From the NCBI GenBank assembly GCA_013115145.1, contig JAAPAO010000117.1, positions 1 to 64,000 on the forward strand: DNA of 64,000 nucleotides, in the 5' to 3' direction. The notes below the pieces were generated by a model, which was given only the letters and a program-made list of their open reading frames with translations, was not told the origin of the DNA and made no database searches. This stretch comes from Perkinsus chesapeaki ATCC PRA-425 (taxonomy: Eukaryota; Protista; Perkinsozoa). Within the stretch, counting starts at the first letter, position 1, and every line of letters starts with the position of its first letter. Shown piece after piece: positions 13,451 to 28,050 of the stretch. A program made the translations under genes and the position numbers.

Positions 13451-15323
13451 ATGACAACTTCAACAACATCTAACCCGCCAATTAATGAATTATTCTATTC
13501 TTGCTTACCATTAATTGTACCCTATATTGGTGTTAGTGGATCATTAAGATCTTTGGGTATGGTATCTAAGGTAACTAGATGTATTGTATTAGAGCCAACA
13601 TCATGGTCACATGCTGAACTAGAGCCACCACTATCAACTAGTAAATGGTCAATGGAACGGTATAAGACAGTTGTACCTTTATTTACCTGTGTTAGTGACC
13701 TTGCAGTTCATGGTAGAGTACAGCCCCTGCCTAAGCTTATTATTACTTTATCAACTATACAAAGGTTACGATACCTTCAATTAATAGGGGTTACGGCGTC
13801 ACCTTTATATAATATCCTATCTCCATCTACTACTAATGCTATACCATTCTTAGAGTCATTAACTATAGGCTTTAGAGGTGATGAGGACCTAACCTATCCT
13901 ACAGGTGCTCGTCAGGGTAATACTATACATAGTAGGTTAAAGAGGGTAAGCTTTATCGATATAGACTTTGGTCCTAGTATTGTGGGATATGATACCTTCT
14001 CGAGTGATAATGGTATAGCTTTATGGTTGATACATTTCCTGGCTAGCTGCCCTGTACTTGAGGAACTAAAGGTCTTACAGGCACCAGCTAGGCGAAGGAT
14101 AGATAAGGTTAATGTAGATATCGAAGCATCTAGAGAGATCATACTTGGTAAAGGTATGCCTACATGGAATAATGGTGGACACCTTAAGAAGCTGCATCTT
14201 GGGTTATGGTCAGAGAGGGTTACACAAGGGTTGGTTCATAGGGTATCAGTAGCAGGGTCATTGGAAGGGATTGAGATACTATCAATGGGAGTATTGTCTA
14301 GTATTACTATGAAGATGTTATTGGATAGAGGGCTAGGGGGACATCTAGAGCAGGTGATGTCACAAAGATGGATGCCATCTATTCCAGGGCCTGATGGTGA
14401 TACTAGTATGAATAGGTTATTGGAGAGTAGTAGACATACACTTAAAGGCCTCAGTCTTGAATGTAAAGGTAGCTGCCCTGTACCGTGGGATATTATTATT
14501 GAATATATTATACGGTATCGTCCACCATTATTAAGGAAGGTGTACTTAACATTAATAATGGATGATAGTAATGGTGATATGGTAGCACCTGTACACAGTG
14601 CTCTATGGAGTGCTGCATTACGGTGCCATTATCCTAATATACCCTACTTTCGTCGTACTACCTATACTGTTATTATGGATGATATATGTAAGACTAATGT
14701 CCTTAGGCGTACCCTAGGCCTGTTGTATCCAGTAACATCAGCTAGGGAGCTGTTTGAAGAGGAGCAGGTAGTAGAGGGATGCCAGTGGATGCTGCTGCTG
14801 CTGCTGGGTTTAGGGTAGCGTTTAGGTCCTATGTGTTAAACCATATGACCATCCTGATAGACGTGCTAACCTCGATGATGATAATGAGTTCTTGGAGCTG
14901 TGGGATAATTTACCGATAGAATACCAAGGGCAATATTGGAATATATATAATAGTATATTTGGTATCTTTAGCTATAATAATAGAGGATCTCCATCGACTA
15001 TAACCCCTACCCCTAGGCCCAGACGGTCTAGGTATAGGTCAATAATATCACCGACACGCCATACTACAACAATGCCATTGGATCCTCGACACCGCCGCGG
15101 TGGTGATGATGCTATAGGGGCAGAGACAACAACACCAGCAGCAGGAGGTGTTAGCAGTAGATCAGTCGATACTATTGATGATGACGATGATGGTAGTAGT
15201 AGTGTTAGCAGTGATGCTAGTAATAGCTTGTTGGATATCCTTACCATAGAGGAGTTACTTAAGGAGGACATTACTCTTGGTACAGCTGCTAGTACTGGTG
15301 TTGTTGCATATTCTGGTGGATGA
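13451..15323 (+). CDS. F-box/LRR (RNI-like) protein
   Basis: N-terminal LPLIVPYI..LRSLGMVSK...SWSHAEL resembles an F-box; repeated LxxLxL segments (LRYLQL, LESLTI, LKRVSF, LEELKV, LKKLHL); one intron at about 14767-14824 joins the 14892-15323 frame. Confidence 0.55.
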
Positions 15324-15456
15324 TAGGTAGTAGTATCATGATCGTTGTTACTAAAGCATGCAGATAATATTAGTTTCGATAGGTTATTATTGTGTTAAGG
15401 TTATTATTAATAATAAAGGGAATAAGGATTGATTACTGTATTGTCTGTTTCTAATA

Positions 15457-17098
15457 ATGCAAGGGTTTACCCAAAGGAATAGGTCTGCATCATCATCAAC
15501 ATCAAGTAGCAGTAGTGGGTCAGTGTCGGTGATGAGTGATATAACCGCTGAGACATTGAAGACAGTGATGCCACAAGGGAGGGAGGAGGAAGTGCCGACG
15601 GGTGACAATAGGGAGGCTAAGCGGTGTAAAAGGAGAAGGAAGCAGGTAGTTGTGGTGGCAAGAGGATTACAAGGCAGCGGCAAAAGTAGTAATATAGGCA
15701 GTGATGGGGAAGGGAGGGGAGCTGCCAGGTATTAGGTACAGCTATGAGGGCAGCAGCAACACTATTGGGTGGAATATGGTTGAATCAAGATGAATTCCGT
15801 AGTCCTAGTAAAGGGGGTGGTAATGCTAAGGGTAAGTTCCTTGATAAGCTATCATGGTGTACACATTATGGAGATCCACAGTATATCATGGTTGATAGGA
15901 TTAATACACAATATCGGCATAGGTAGAAATAATGAAAGGGTTATTGTTGTTTTATAGGGCTGATGGTTGTTGCTGTTGTAGGTCTGATATATATAATGCT
16001 ATATATCCATGTAAGGGTGAGTATCCTGAGCTTATCTATATACAATGGGTACATCCTGATGATGAGAAAGAGGAGGAGGGCGGGGGTGGCGGTAAGGCTA
16101 ATGGTGGGGATATGTCACCATTCGACCCTATAAAGGGACGGAAGTACTTTGATGTATGTGCTAAGAATGTCCGTAATAGGCATGGCAAACATAGAGTAAT
16201 ACAGGGGGTGGTGTACAAGGGGGGTACAGTGATGTTATCTTAGTCTATTGATCGGTATGCTGATATTGACTTTATATTGGGTACAACAGCCTCGCAGGCG
16301 GAGCCTATTACTAAGGAAGAGATGTCACACTTCTCTGTAGCCAAGCTGTGTGGTATAGATGTTACATTGGATAGGAAGGGTATGGTTAGGAGGATATTGG
16401 AGATATTGGAAAGGGATGGGGACTTTAATGATGATGATATTGATAAAGCTATAGGTGATGTTGCTAAGATAGAGAAGACTATAGTACCTGTTGGCACTGG
16501 AGGAGGGAAAGGCGGTCAGAGACTAACAAGGCAGCAGCAGCAACAGCAGCAGGAGTATGATGAGAGACGTCATGATAGTGTTACAAGTGCTAATGGAAGC
16601 CTTGGAACGACAGGGGTGCCGTCTTTGGTGGGGCGTATGATGTTCCAATTAGAGTTAACTATGGATTCTCAGAGGTTATTGAGGAGAGCGGTAGGGAATG
16701 GTTGGGGGTATATGGCTGGTAAAGGGATAGTACCTAAAGATGAATTCCATGTTACATTACTATATGTTGATAATACTAATGCATTTGATGCAGCTAGTAT
16801 AGCATTAGTCAAAGATCTATGGCCTCGAATAGGGGATACCTTCTCCATCACGGTAGCCTTTGCTGTTTGCTCTGATTATGGTGTATGTGCATCACCGGTA
16901 CAATTCCTACAACCAACACCTTGTGGTAATATGTACCCTCATATAACATTAGGGGTGTCTCCAAATACATTGGCTAAGGAGAGTAATGAGATGTTAGCTG
17001 GTAAGCATCCTATGGAAGCACTAAGAGTATTGGAGTTACAGCTACCAGAAAACCAGACAGAGTTGGAGCTAAGGGCAGTGCTACGAGTATCCGAGTAA
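15457..17098 (+). CDS. Polynucleotide kinase plus 2H cyclic phosphodiesterase (Trl1-type RNA healing domains, no ligase domain)
   Basis: Spliced P-loop VVVARGLQGSGKST; WLNQDE; IMVDRINTQYRHR; two HxT motifs FHVTL and PHITLG..KESNEML. Confidence 0.8.
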
Positions 17099-17244
17099 CC
17101 TGTTATTATTATTATTATCAACTGTCCTCTACTTTGTGCTATATAAAATGTGTTGTTCTACTATTATTATGTTTCTTGGCCTCCTTATCTCAAGTCGTTG
17201 AGTTACAGTGCTACTATACCGATACCTCAGGTGTATCCTATAGT

Positions 17245-20200
17245 ATGGCCAGCCGTAAGAAGTATTATGTATTACTATTGGATGTAGGAAGGACAATGGC
17301 TGAGGAGGCTGCAACAGCAGCTACGGAGGGGCAGCAGACTGTTACTAAATTGGAGTTAGCATTGAAGGCGGCTAAGATGTTTGTAGTAGCAATGACCATA
17401 GGAGGGTGTATGAGGAGTGTAGATACAACAGAGGCTTATTCTTGGGGGTAAGAGTACCCAGGTAGCATTGGTACTAATGGGGAGTACTAGTACACGTAAT
17501 AGGCTAGAGAACAGTGGTTATCAGAATATAGATGTTATAAAGGACCTTACTATACCTGATATAGATATGGTAATAGTCCAGTGTTATTAGTGTTATGTCT
17601 AATCTTATACCTAGTTACATTGCCTGTCTAGTATTCATCCAGGAAGCCCCTATAGTAGTGATATTGTTGGTGGTCTTATAATAGCATTGGATATGATTAA
17701 GAGTGCTACTGAGAAGAGTAAGGCTAAGTAATAATAGACAACAGTAGAAGGGGTATAGGAGGTATCATACAAGGTCCCAGAGGACAGTATTAGTATTAAC
17801 CGATGGCTGCACACCTATAATGGGTAGTGGTGACCTACCCAGTGTCGTAGAACAGATGAACCTTCTTAATGTAGAGCCTATTATAACAACCTTTGGCAGT
17901 AGGACTCCCTGTCCTCTGCGTTTGTGGAATGCTGTTGTTATTGCTCATCAGCTCATCCTTTACCAGAAGTCCATACAGTATTTGAGGCATTTATCGCCCA
18001 GTCTCAGCAAGGGCAGTATCTAGAGGGGGCTACACTAATGGGGATATTAAAGCAGGTGCGGCGGTAGAGGGGATGGGTGGGCCCTGGGTGGTGGTGACTT
18101 GGGATGATGATGATGATGTCAGATAAAAAGTAAAGATACCCAACAGATATCAAAGTGTAGGGTAGATATGGAGATAACAAAGTATATGAAGATACCAGTA
18201 TGGTGTTATGTTAAAACTAGTAAGGTTACCTTACCAACACTTAAGAAGGAAAGTAGTAGGAGGAGGAGGGCACATACTACTACTACCACCCTTTTTGATG
18301 ATGGATTGAACTCAGGTGTTGATGGTGGTGCTCCTGTTAAAATGGACAGGGCTTATTTTACCGTAGATGACCCAGATGGAGAGGCTATACCAGCAGAGGA
18401 GAGTAACAATGCTAATCTGTTTGCCTAGTTGTTGAGACTGGTCTGTTAAGACCATACAGTATGGTCACCAAGAGTCCGCCGCTGTGTCATTATCGTCATC
18501 CCGTGATGTTCTGCTTAGTGTATCTCTACTATATTGTTGTTGTTAGGGCTAAAGGCTTATAAGTACGGTAGCAGCCAGTATGTACCATTTGAATCATATG
18601 ATGAAGCATCATTGAAATACCATTCGGATAAGTCCCTCACCATGCTTGGTTTTGCCAGGGCTAATTCTATACCTCAAGAGTAAAATGTTATTATTACTTG
18701 TTTGTATTAAATATTATAACAGCCTTATAGGCTTATGATTGGTGATACGGTAGAGTGTGTTGCAGCTGAGCCTAATAATATAGAGTCTGCGAAGGCTATG
18801 AGTAGCCTTATTAAAGCGATGGTAGAGTCAGGAGTGGTAAGTTAGTACTACTACCACAGCTGCTGCTGCTGTTGAGTAGTGTTATTGGCTTCTTCAGTAC
18901 ATGCTGGCACGGTATTGCTTTCGTAATGATATAAAACCTAAGTATGTATGTCTAGCCCCACATGTTGGTGATAGGTAGTAAGAGGTAGGGTTAGTTTGTG
19001 TTAATGGTAGTACTGGTGATGCTGTTTTAGTAAAACCTGCCTTTATATGAACCAATTACCATTTAGTGATGATGTACGGACTGATGGTATAATATTTCAG
19101 GATTTTAATACAGACTTATCAAACAAGGAGGTGCATGCTATAGATGTAATAGCTATAGGGAAGTTGGTTATAAGGAGAGGGGAGGGGAAGGGAGGAGGAG
19201 TTAGTCTTTGTTGGTTACCTAACAAAGAGGATATGGTCATCACAATGCTAATTCTCGCATGGCACACCACCCAGGGAGACACTGCACTGTAGTGTGTTCC
19301 TTGCCTACAGGCTATAGGATAGTGCCTATGGCCATAGGCGATAGCCTCTTTTGCTGGTGTGGTAGTGGTTATAGGTATTAGATTTTATTTGTTGTTGTCC
19401 TTTATTAAGCAACGGTCTCTCTTGATAGTCGTTGATGGATACTATGAATCTTGAGGATGATGGTGAGTCTCATGAGCTACTAAAGATGAAGGATATTCAT
19501 AACCCTACACTATTGAGGTTTTGGAGGACCGTAATACCCTATTATCACATGCTGCTATAGAAGGCTGGGAAGTTGTAGGTTATAGAGAGGGCCGATGATC
19601 CCGACGCACCAGTGGTAGGAGTAGACGAGGAAATAGATAGGTATTATGGTATAATGGCTTGTTGTTAGTATGGGTATGGGGGCTGGTTATAGGTATCTAC
19701 ATCCGGAAAGGGCTATAGAATGGCGGTTTATGAAGGATGTTAATGCATTAAAGGAAGTGTTCCCGTTAGTTAAAGTGCCAGTAGATAAGAAAAAGAAAAA
19801 GAAGTAAGAGGGGGGACTGCTGTAATAGGGATGTAAGTAGTTATATGGTATTGGTAAGGTACTGGAGGGGTTCACCGGATATAGAGACAGCTCAGGCTGC
19901 AGGGTATCAAAAACCTCCACCTGTTGACCCATCACATTTGGTACTATTATTATTAATTCATAGTGTTGATGTGGTGTTATATAGGTATTCGATTTCCCTG
20001 ATGAGGATGAAGGTGATGGTCTTAGTTCACCTGCTGTAGTGTCAGCCCAACATGCTGTACCATTATTCGGAGGAAAGCAGATGTATCCCCAAGTTAGGAT
20101 AGGATCTACAACACCAGTTAAGGACTTCACCACAGCAGTCTATGGTACGAGGCTATTTATCGAGTATTCACGGTAAACTGATGACACCACTAGTATCCAA

Positions 20201-20853
20201 CCTGGTGGATACCACCGCCGCCGCCGTCGTCCTTCGTGCCCCCAAGATAATATCTCTTTACGATCTCTACTGTTGACTTGAATACTGTAGGGTATCTTTG
20301 GTAGGAGCTGGTGTAACTAGTGGCCTGTTGGATGAAGCTATGAGGAAGATGAGTGGTATAACATTACACTTACTCGGGCATCCAGGCTATGAGTAAGCAG
20401 TAGATTAGAGCAGCAGCTACTGTGATGATACTGGGTATAATAGAGGTGCTGCTTAGTTATGTCGATAAGGCTGTGGACTGTATAGTGGCTATGAGGGATG
20501 CTGCTATATGTTATGGTAACGATAGGATGGTCGTGATGGATTATAATAAGTGAAATGCTGGGGAAGTGTCGGTATGAAATAACCACCACCATGATCGGGT
20601 TAGGTTCATACATGATACTTTATCCAAGTGTAAAGACAATGCCTATCTTTGGGAACGTAGTGATTAAGCCAATAGTACTTAGTTATAATAATACTACTGA
20701 GTATCAGGTGTAACAGGCAAAAGGATAACCTATCTTACCAGTAAAGAGGCCTCAGCATCGGATAAGACCGATAAGGACGCTGAGGACTTTTTAAACAAGC
20801 AGCAGCAGCAGCCTCCACAGGAGGAGGGGGAGCAGCCGCCTGTAAGCGAGTAA
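17245..20853 (+). CDS. KU80: Ku80 (NHEJ DNA end-binding subunit), multi-exon
   Basis: vWA start VLLLDVGRTM; GYQNIDVIKDL; IPVWCYVKT..PTLKK; AYKYGSSQYVPF; LTMLGF; NQLPFSDDVR; C-terminal IGSTTPVKDF. 3' end approximate. Confidence 0.9.
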
Positions 20854-21184
20854 TGTTGAAGTAATGAACAACCCTCTGTGAGTGTTGTATTATGTATAGG
20901 CACCACGATGATATTGTATCTGGAGGAAGTATGGTATGAGACATTCATGCTATCATTCGATAACAACAACAATGACCATTACAACTACTACTGCTGCTGC
21001 TGCTGATGCTGATGCAATTAATACATTGTTTCATTCTTAAGTCATTATCACTTTGTACTTGTGTTGTTGTTGGCTTTCCGCATACGTTACTTGTATAGTT
21101 TGGCTTTGACTTGGCTGTGCCGTTATTATTAATATTATTACTCCTACTACTACTAACGCTTCATCCCTAAGGTGAGTATCTTTG

Positions 21185-24100
21185 ATGAACTTCGGTCGGC
21201 CGCCCCCTCAACAACAACAACAACCCATGGCTCTTGGTGGGGCACCCAATGGCGGCGGAAACAATAATAACGGGTCAACACAGTATGATATGAGAATGAT
21301 GCCCCCTCAACAACAACAACAATCTAACTCCACCACCACCACAGGAGGAGGAGGAGCTAATACGCAGTTGATGCATCCACCACCACCACCCCCACAGACA
21401 CAGATGCCCAATAACGGTGGGTATATTTGGCTTGATCATTATGGTGGTATCATTGTTGTTGTAGCAGGTCCACCTTTCCCTATAATGTATGGTAGTCCAC
21501 CATCACCAAGGGGGTATATGGGTATGGGTAATAGTAGCATGCAGCAGCAGCAGCAGCATGCTGTATCATTATCAACATCATCAATGATGCATCATCATCA
21601 TCATCACCAGCATACGTCACATCATTCAAATCATCATATGTCTGGAGGTGGTGTGGGGCAGCATCATGTACCACATGGCCCTATGATGATGGCTCCACCA
21701 CCACCACCGATGATGATGATGATGACGTCACAGGGTATGATAATGCCATCATCATCATCATCACCACCTGGTCTACCACATATGCAAGGTAACATTATTA
21801 TATATTTATACTGTTATCATATAGCAGCCTTGTATAGGTGGTATTGGACCACCATCGATGGGAGGGCGTATGATGACCATGATGTCTAGTATGGATGATG
21901 ATTACCATCACCCTCCACAAGCACCACCATCTGCTGGAGAGCATCTCCCCCATTACGGAGTGAGTAGCTTAGCCCACTTGTTGTTGTATATACAACATGT
22001 TTTAGTACATGATGGAAGGCAATGGTCCAAGTGGTGGTGGTGGTCTGCGCAGCTCATCAATGCCTATGATGGTTGGTGGCCCTCCTCCTCCGCCTCCAGG
22101 GAGCAGTGGTAACCCAGTGAGTTCCAGTCATAGCAATACCTGGATACAAGTACGAAGATATTAATCACTTATACCAATCCAATACCTACCTACATACCCA
22201 GGTCATGCAACAGCATTCTATGTGTCCAGCTCTACTAAATCAGAGTGACCATCCTACACTATTACAGTGGGATCCGTAAGCATACGATAACCATAGCCTC
22301 TAGTCATTCAACTTTATTATTATGGTCTTGTTGTTATTAGCTTTGAAGATCTCTTATGGGTCGGCACTCAACAGGGTCGACTAGCGTCTATGCAATTCAC
22401 GGCAAATGGCAACCTTACCGACTACACAAGGTTCCAGTAAGAGTATATAAGTATATAGTGATGATGGGCTGTATACCCTCAGATTGGAGAGAAGTATTGA
22501 TGAGGATGGTATGAGTGGTGATGGTGGTGGTGGTGGTGGAAGCTACTCCCCAGCAACAGCAGCTTCTTCCTCCTCCTCTTCGATAGGGGGTAGTGGTACA
22601 GCAGCAGCCTACAATCCAGTAGAGCATTTGTTATTTGATCAATCTGGAGTTATATCAGTAACACCTCATAACATTCATTTTCATACAAGAGGTGGTGTAC
22701 GACATTATATTATGGATGATAAGACGATACATAGGATGGGTTCAAACGGCAATGTACTACCACCGTCACCACCACGGCTACCGACAACAACAACAAGATG
22801 ATTAGTGTCATTGTTTAGGTTATCCGAAGTGCTGAGTTTTATCAGCCTAATCCATCTCATCTTGTTGTTGGTGGTGAAAAGAGAACGCTATTCTTCGTGG
22901 ATATGCAAGCTGGTTCATTAAGCACATTTATTGATGTAGACTAGACACTAGCAACTATGCTATTATTATAACAACAACAACCCTCTCCACCTTCATCCCT
23001 CTTCATTAGGTACCCCATGGCTGCTCTGTATTACATAACCCACAGCGATCATCAGTACTTTGTATGGGTGGTACTGATGGTAGCATTAGCTTTGTGGATG
23101 GTAGAGTCCCTAAGGTGGTATACATAATGTATAATAACAACACTCGGGAGTCGCTGACAGGTCCTCACTACCCTCAGTGCCCATCCACGTGAGATAACAA
23201 CACTTAGTAGTCGTGACCATTGGCTCATCAGCTGCGGAAAGAGGTACGATGACTGGTGGTATTTTAATATGGTCATCGCCTACCACTCTTCCTTCTGTTT
23301 AGGGATGGCCCTGGCTCTATTGTTGGACCCGATGTATTTATGAAGGTATTTGATCTGCGTACGCTGCGTCAAGCACTACCGATATCATGCCCTACTGGAG
23401 CCTATATGGCCAAGTAGTACTAGATTATGATGATCATGCATCATCATCATCACATGCATTGTGTTATAATGCGTTGTTGTATTAGGTTCCATCCTACCTT
23501 ACCATCATCTGTTATACTACTAAATGTACATGGTATGTGGCAACAGGCAGACTTTGTTCCAGGCGCATCACAGCTCATGTCACCAGCGTAAGGGGAGTAG
23601 GAGGAGGAGGCATTGGTGATGAGTGGGTTAGGTATTATAAAACAGTAGCAGTAGGGCATCCACGAGGTTATAAGAATACAGGAATGGCTAGGAGCTCTAT
23701 GTAAGATATAACCAATAGCAGTAGTTGAGTTATCATAGCAGCAGCTGCAGCAGCAGGTCCGATAGCTCTACCGTTGGGTCATGTGGTGATGGTACAGCAG
23801 GATCATCATCCTCCCCTCCTCCGGGTAGAGAGGTTATGGGGGAGGTTATTGACATGGATATAGCTACCACTGGAGGGACGGTAAATAGGGTGTTGACGGC
23901 GGCGGCGGTGGTGGGGGGGGCATTGTTGATGTTGTAGGCTGCTTTATTGGATAGTAATGGATGGATACATTTATGGCAGACAGTATCTGAGAATGCAATG
24001 CAGTCCCAAGGTATGCATGCTAGAGTTAATATCTATTCCAATCCTACTGGTAATAATAAGCAGCAGCACCAGCACCAGCACCAGCTGCTGCTCTTCAGCC

Positions 24101-27100
24101 CCCCATAACCCCAGAGCACGTCATCTTGTTACTGGTATGCTGGATGGTTCCACTGACAATCGTGTATTGGCTGATGAAGCACGGTCTGTTAGACAGAGGC
24201 CTATGTGTGTTATCGATCCCCGTACTGGAGGATTAAGCTATAACTACCAAGATACCATGCCCCTGTGGCCAGTAGGACTGCAGCCTATAGCTGATGATGA
24301 AGAACAAAGGTAGTAACATAGAGAAGGGGGACGAGTGGGATAGGGTATGTGGTGATGATGATGATGACTGTGGGGTTGTTGTTGTTGTTTTCAGGCAATA
24401 CAATAATATGCCTGGGGCATACTATGATGATGAACAAAATGGATGTAGACGACTGCTGCCACCACAGATGATGCTACCAGCTGTAAGGGAGGCAGCAAGG
24501 GGACAAGGTAGATAGTTTATAGAGTTGAGAGTTCAAGTATGGTATGAATTGTCAGGCATAGATGTCAGCAAGCATCCTGATTCACCTAGAACAGCTTCTG
24601 AATTACCAGTGGTTCATATGATGCTGCCCAACAAGTATGGTGATGGCAGCAGGAGCGGCACTGGCCTTGAGGGTGATACTATACTATGGCATACTACTGC
24701 ATTAATGAATGAAGTATCGGAGGAATTGAGAACTATGCGAAAGGATAGAAGGATGCATAGGTAGGCTACCATACTGTTGTTACTGCTGGGTAGGCTTGTC
24801 TAGTAGGCAACCACGTGCTGAATCACAACTATCGGATATATTCACAGAGAGTACTGAGGAGGAGGAGGAGGAGAAGGATCCTATTACTGGTTTGGCGAGG
24901 ATACCACGACGGTAGCGAGTCAGCCGCTAACTAACACTAACATTAATTGCTTATTATATTGCTGTTGTTGTTAGGTTCCAATTCACTGAGATAGACTATG
25001 GTCAAAACTATAATAGGTTCCCATTTGCCAAGTATAATAGGTCAAGGTTTGTGTGTGGATTGGATAATAGTTATGGTGGTACCAACTGGAACGGTATTGA
25101 GTTTTGCAATAATGCCATCACGCAGGTGAGCAGCGGGAGGAGAAGGAGGAGCTACTACTGCTACTTGTTACTGTTTAGATATTATATTTTATTCGACCAT
25201 TTATGCAAGCAGCTGAGAGGCATGTATGTAGTGATGATGAATGTATATATTGTGATATAGGATATGTATTCCATATGATGGAACAGCTTATGTTTGCCAG
25301 CAATAAGGTAATAGTACCACTCCTCCTCCTGCCGCCGCTGCTGCAGTAATTGCCGTCCTATAGATATGCCAATGTACTCGGTTATTACGAACCTTAAAAG
25401 CCACATCACCATCAGAGTTACGGGCTCCTATTGACCCAAAGCATCCGGCATTGAGTATGGGCCATAAGGGAATACTACTGTTGAAGCATATACTATTATC
25501 ATGCAAGAAGACAGCTGCTGCTGCGGCCGCCTCAAGCGCATCGGTCAGCTATCGAAGCTCTCCTCATATATCCCCCATACCTAGTGGATATTCTCCACCA
25601 TTATCCGGGCTCAGGCATCCTACCAGCGGCAGCAGCAGCAGCAGTGGTAATGTTGTGTCGAGATTGTTTGGTCTGTCCCCTCCACCTGGTGTCCCTCCAA
25701 GCCCCTTTGTAGCACTACAGATGCCTAATAGTGAGGAACTGAAAGAGGCCATAGCTAGGAGTAAGGCTGAGGCTGCAGCAGCTGCTGCTGCAGCTGTGGA
25801 ATTGACAACCAGCTCTGAGGAGGATACTGCTACTGAGAGTGACGAGGGTACAGGGTCAATGACAAGCGGCACTGAGCATCATGACAGTGAAGAGGAGGAG
25901 AAGGAGGAGGAGAACGATGATGATGATGATGATGCCAAGGCTGAGCCACCACTGAGACCAGATCATGCAGCCTTTGTGAAGATGATACGCCGTTCTCTGG
26001 TTGGAGGGCATGGTACTCCTCCAGTGCTACTGATGGACATTTGCCCAAAGGATGGTATTGAGGCTGAGTTCTGGTCGATAGGTGGCAGAGGCTTCTTACC
26101 CTCTACCATTTGGATAGGATATAATGATGCACATGACCGTAAACTGATAACTGATGTGTCTACAAGTAAACCGTATCCTAATAACCGTAGCCGTCAGCAG
26201 CTAAGACCGCCGTACAGCTCCTACTCCAAGTATGAGCTACAGTCAGTGGCTCTTCATGTGAAGGATAGGCCTACGAGGAAGTGCCCACAGGGCCATCTGG
26301 TGGGTATAACTAACATACCACCGGATTATCACACTGATACATTCCGTACTAGTGGCACTGCTACAAGGGGGCCTAGTATAAGCTCAGCCAGAGGCCCACC
26401 GCCAGAAGGTGGTAGTGGTGGCGTGCCCATCACTTCTCCAGCGGCAGCAGCAGCAGTACAGCCGACTGTGGGGCCTGTTGGAACAGGAGGAGCTCCTATT
26501 GGCATAGTGCCTACCCCTCCGAAAGGTACACCTACCCGGTTCACACCAGGCGCGGCGGCGGCGGGGGCGGTTATGTCACATCATAGCCCTACAGCTCAAG
26601 CTACACTTAGCAATCCACAAATACCAAGACCATTCAGTTATGCTGCTGCCGTTGCTGGACGTTCCTATGCTGCGGCTGCTGGGGCCACTAGCTCTGTTGG
26701 CAGTGGTGCAGGCTCGGGACGAGGGGATTCTATGTCACCATCACCAGCGGAGACTGAGACTGCTACATCAACAGAGGAGGATGATGAGGAGGATCAGAAT
26801 TGGATGGTGCTTAATGACTTCGTTATTACACCTAGTTTGAGGTGAGTTCGCCACCTAGAGGGGGCTTTGTAGTGTAAGTCTTTGTTAGGGAAGAAGCTGT
26901 GGACTTTAAGGCTGATTGGAGGACACCGGTTTTGGCTGTCTACGTCCAGAAGAGATCTCTAGCACAAGTAGCTGTACAGGATAGGCAGTTGGTAGCGACA
27001 CCACTATCAGCAGCCTCATTGCATCCAGAAGGGGTAAGGGAAGAAGTGCTTGTTCTTGGGCTTCATTTTATGATATTATTTGCCCTCCTCAGCAGCAGCA

Positions 27101-28050
27101 GCTTGGGAGGATACCACCAGGCTGCCATTGTAGCCTCGAGATGTTCCTAGAGGACCACTGCCTTAATGCTGATCCAGAATCAGCAAGGATAACGAGGAAC
27201 TTTGTACCACTAACAGAGAAGGAGATCGATCGACTGCTACATGGTGGCCTGACAGTGGCACTAGATGCTGAGTTTGTGGCGATGGGCTTAGCGAGTGTTG
27301 AGATCCGCGAGGATGGCAGCAAGGAAGTGTCATCTCCTGGTGAGATGGCAGTTGGTAGAGTATCTGTGCTGAGGGCTGATCCTATCAATCCTGATGATGC
27401 GGATGAAGGGATAAAGGAAGGAACACCATTTATAGACCATTACCTACAAATTGATGAATCAGAGATTAAGGACTTCGTTACCAGATTCTCTGGTCAGTTG
27501 CTTCATCATCGAGCGTCAAGCTTTGTTGTAAGTTGTATTATCAGGTCTGGTCCCTGGTGACCTAGATCCCAAGACATCCCGACATTGGTTGGTCAGCAGC
27601 AAGTCAGTGTGCCAGAAGCTACGCTTTTTGGTTGATTGTGGTTGCCGGTTTGTCGGTCACGGCTTGTCCACGGACTTCAGGTAGAGACTAGAATCGTCAG
27701 TATGTAATAGTTGTTCTATCCAGCAGTGTTGTTCTATTGTAGGATAATAAACTTATTCGTTCCCCAGCGTAATATACGTGATACAGTGGAGCTGTTCCAT
27801 CTCCCCGGTCAACGATTCCTCTCCTTGAAGTTCCTCGCACAACACCTGTTGGGGAGTTGCATACAGACTGACACTCATTGCAGTGTAGAGGACGCTAAAG
27901 CTGCTCTACAACTTTATAGAAAGTACACCACCTACCATTCTGCTTGGCTATTACTGTGGCATCAGGTATCAAGAACTCGAAGCTGATGGTACTCTAGATG
28001 AGAAGGTAAAACAGCTATATGAAGTTGGCCGACAGCAAGGGTGGAAATAG
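21185..28050 (+). CDS. PAN2: PAN2 poly(A) deadenylase catalytic subunit (WD40, pseudo-UCH, DEDDh) with long low-complexity N-terminus
   Basis: LLWVGTQQGR, KVFDLR, GLDNS, VALDAEFV, FIDHY, FVGHGL..DF, IRDTVELF, RFLSLKFLAQHLL, HCSVEDAKAALQLY; stop at 28050. Confidence 0.92.
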
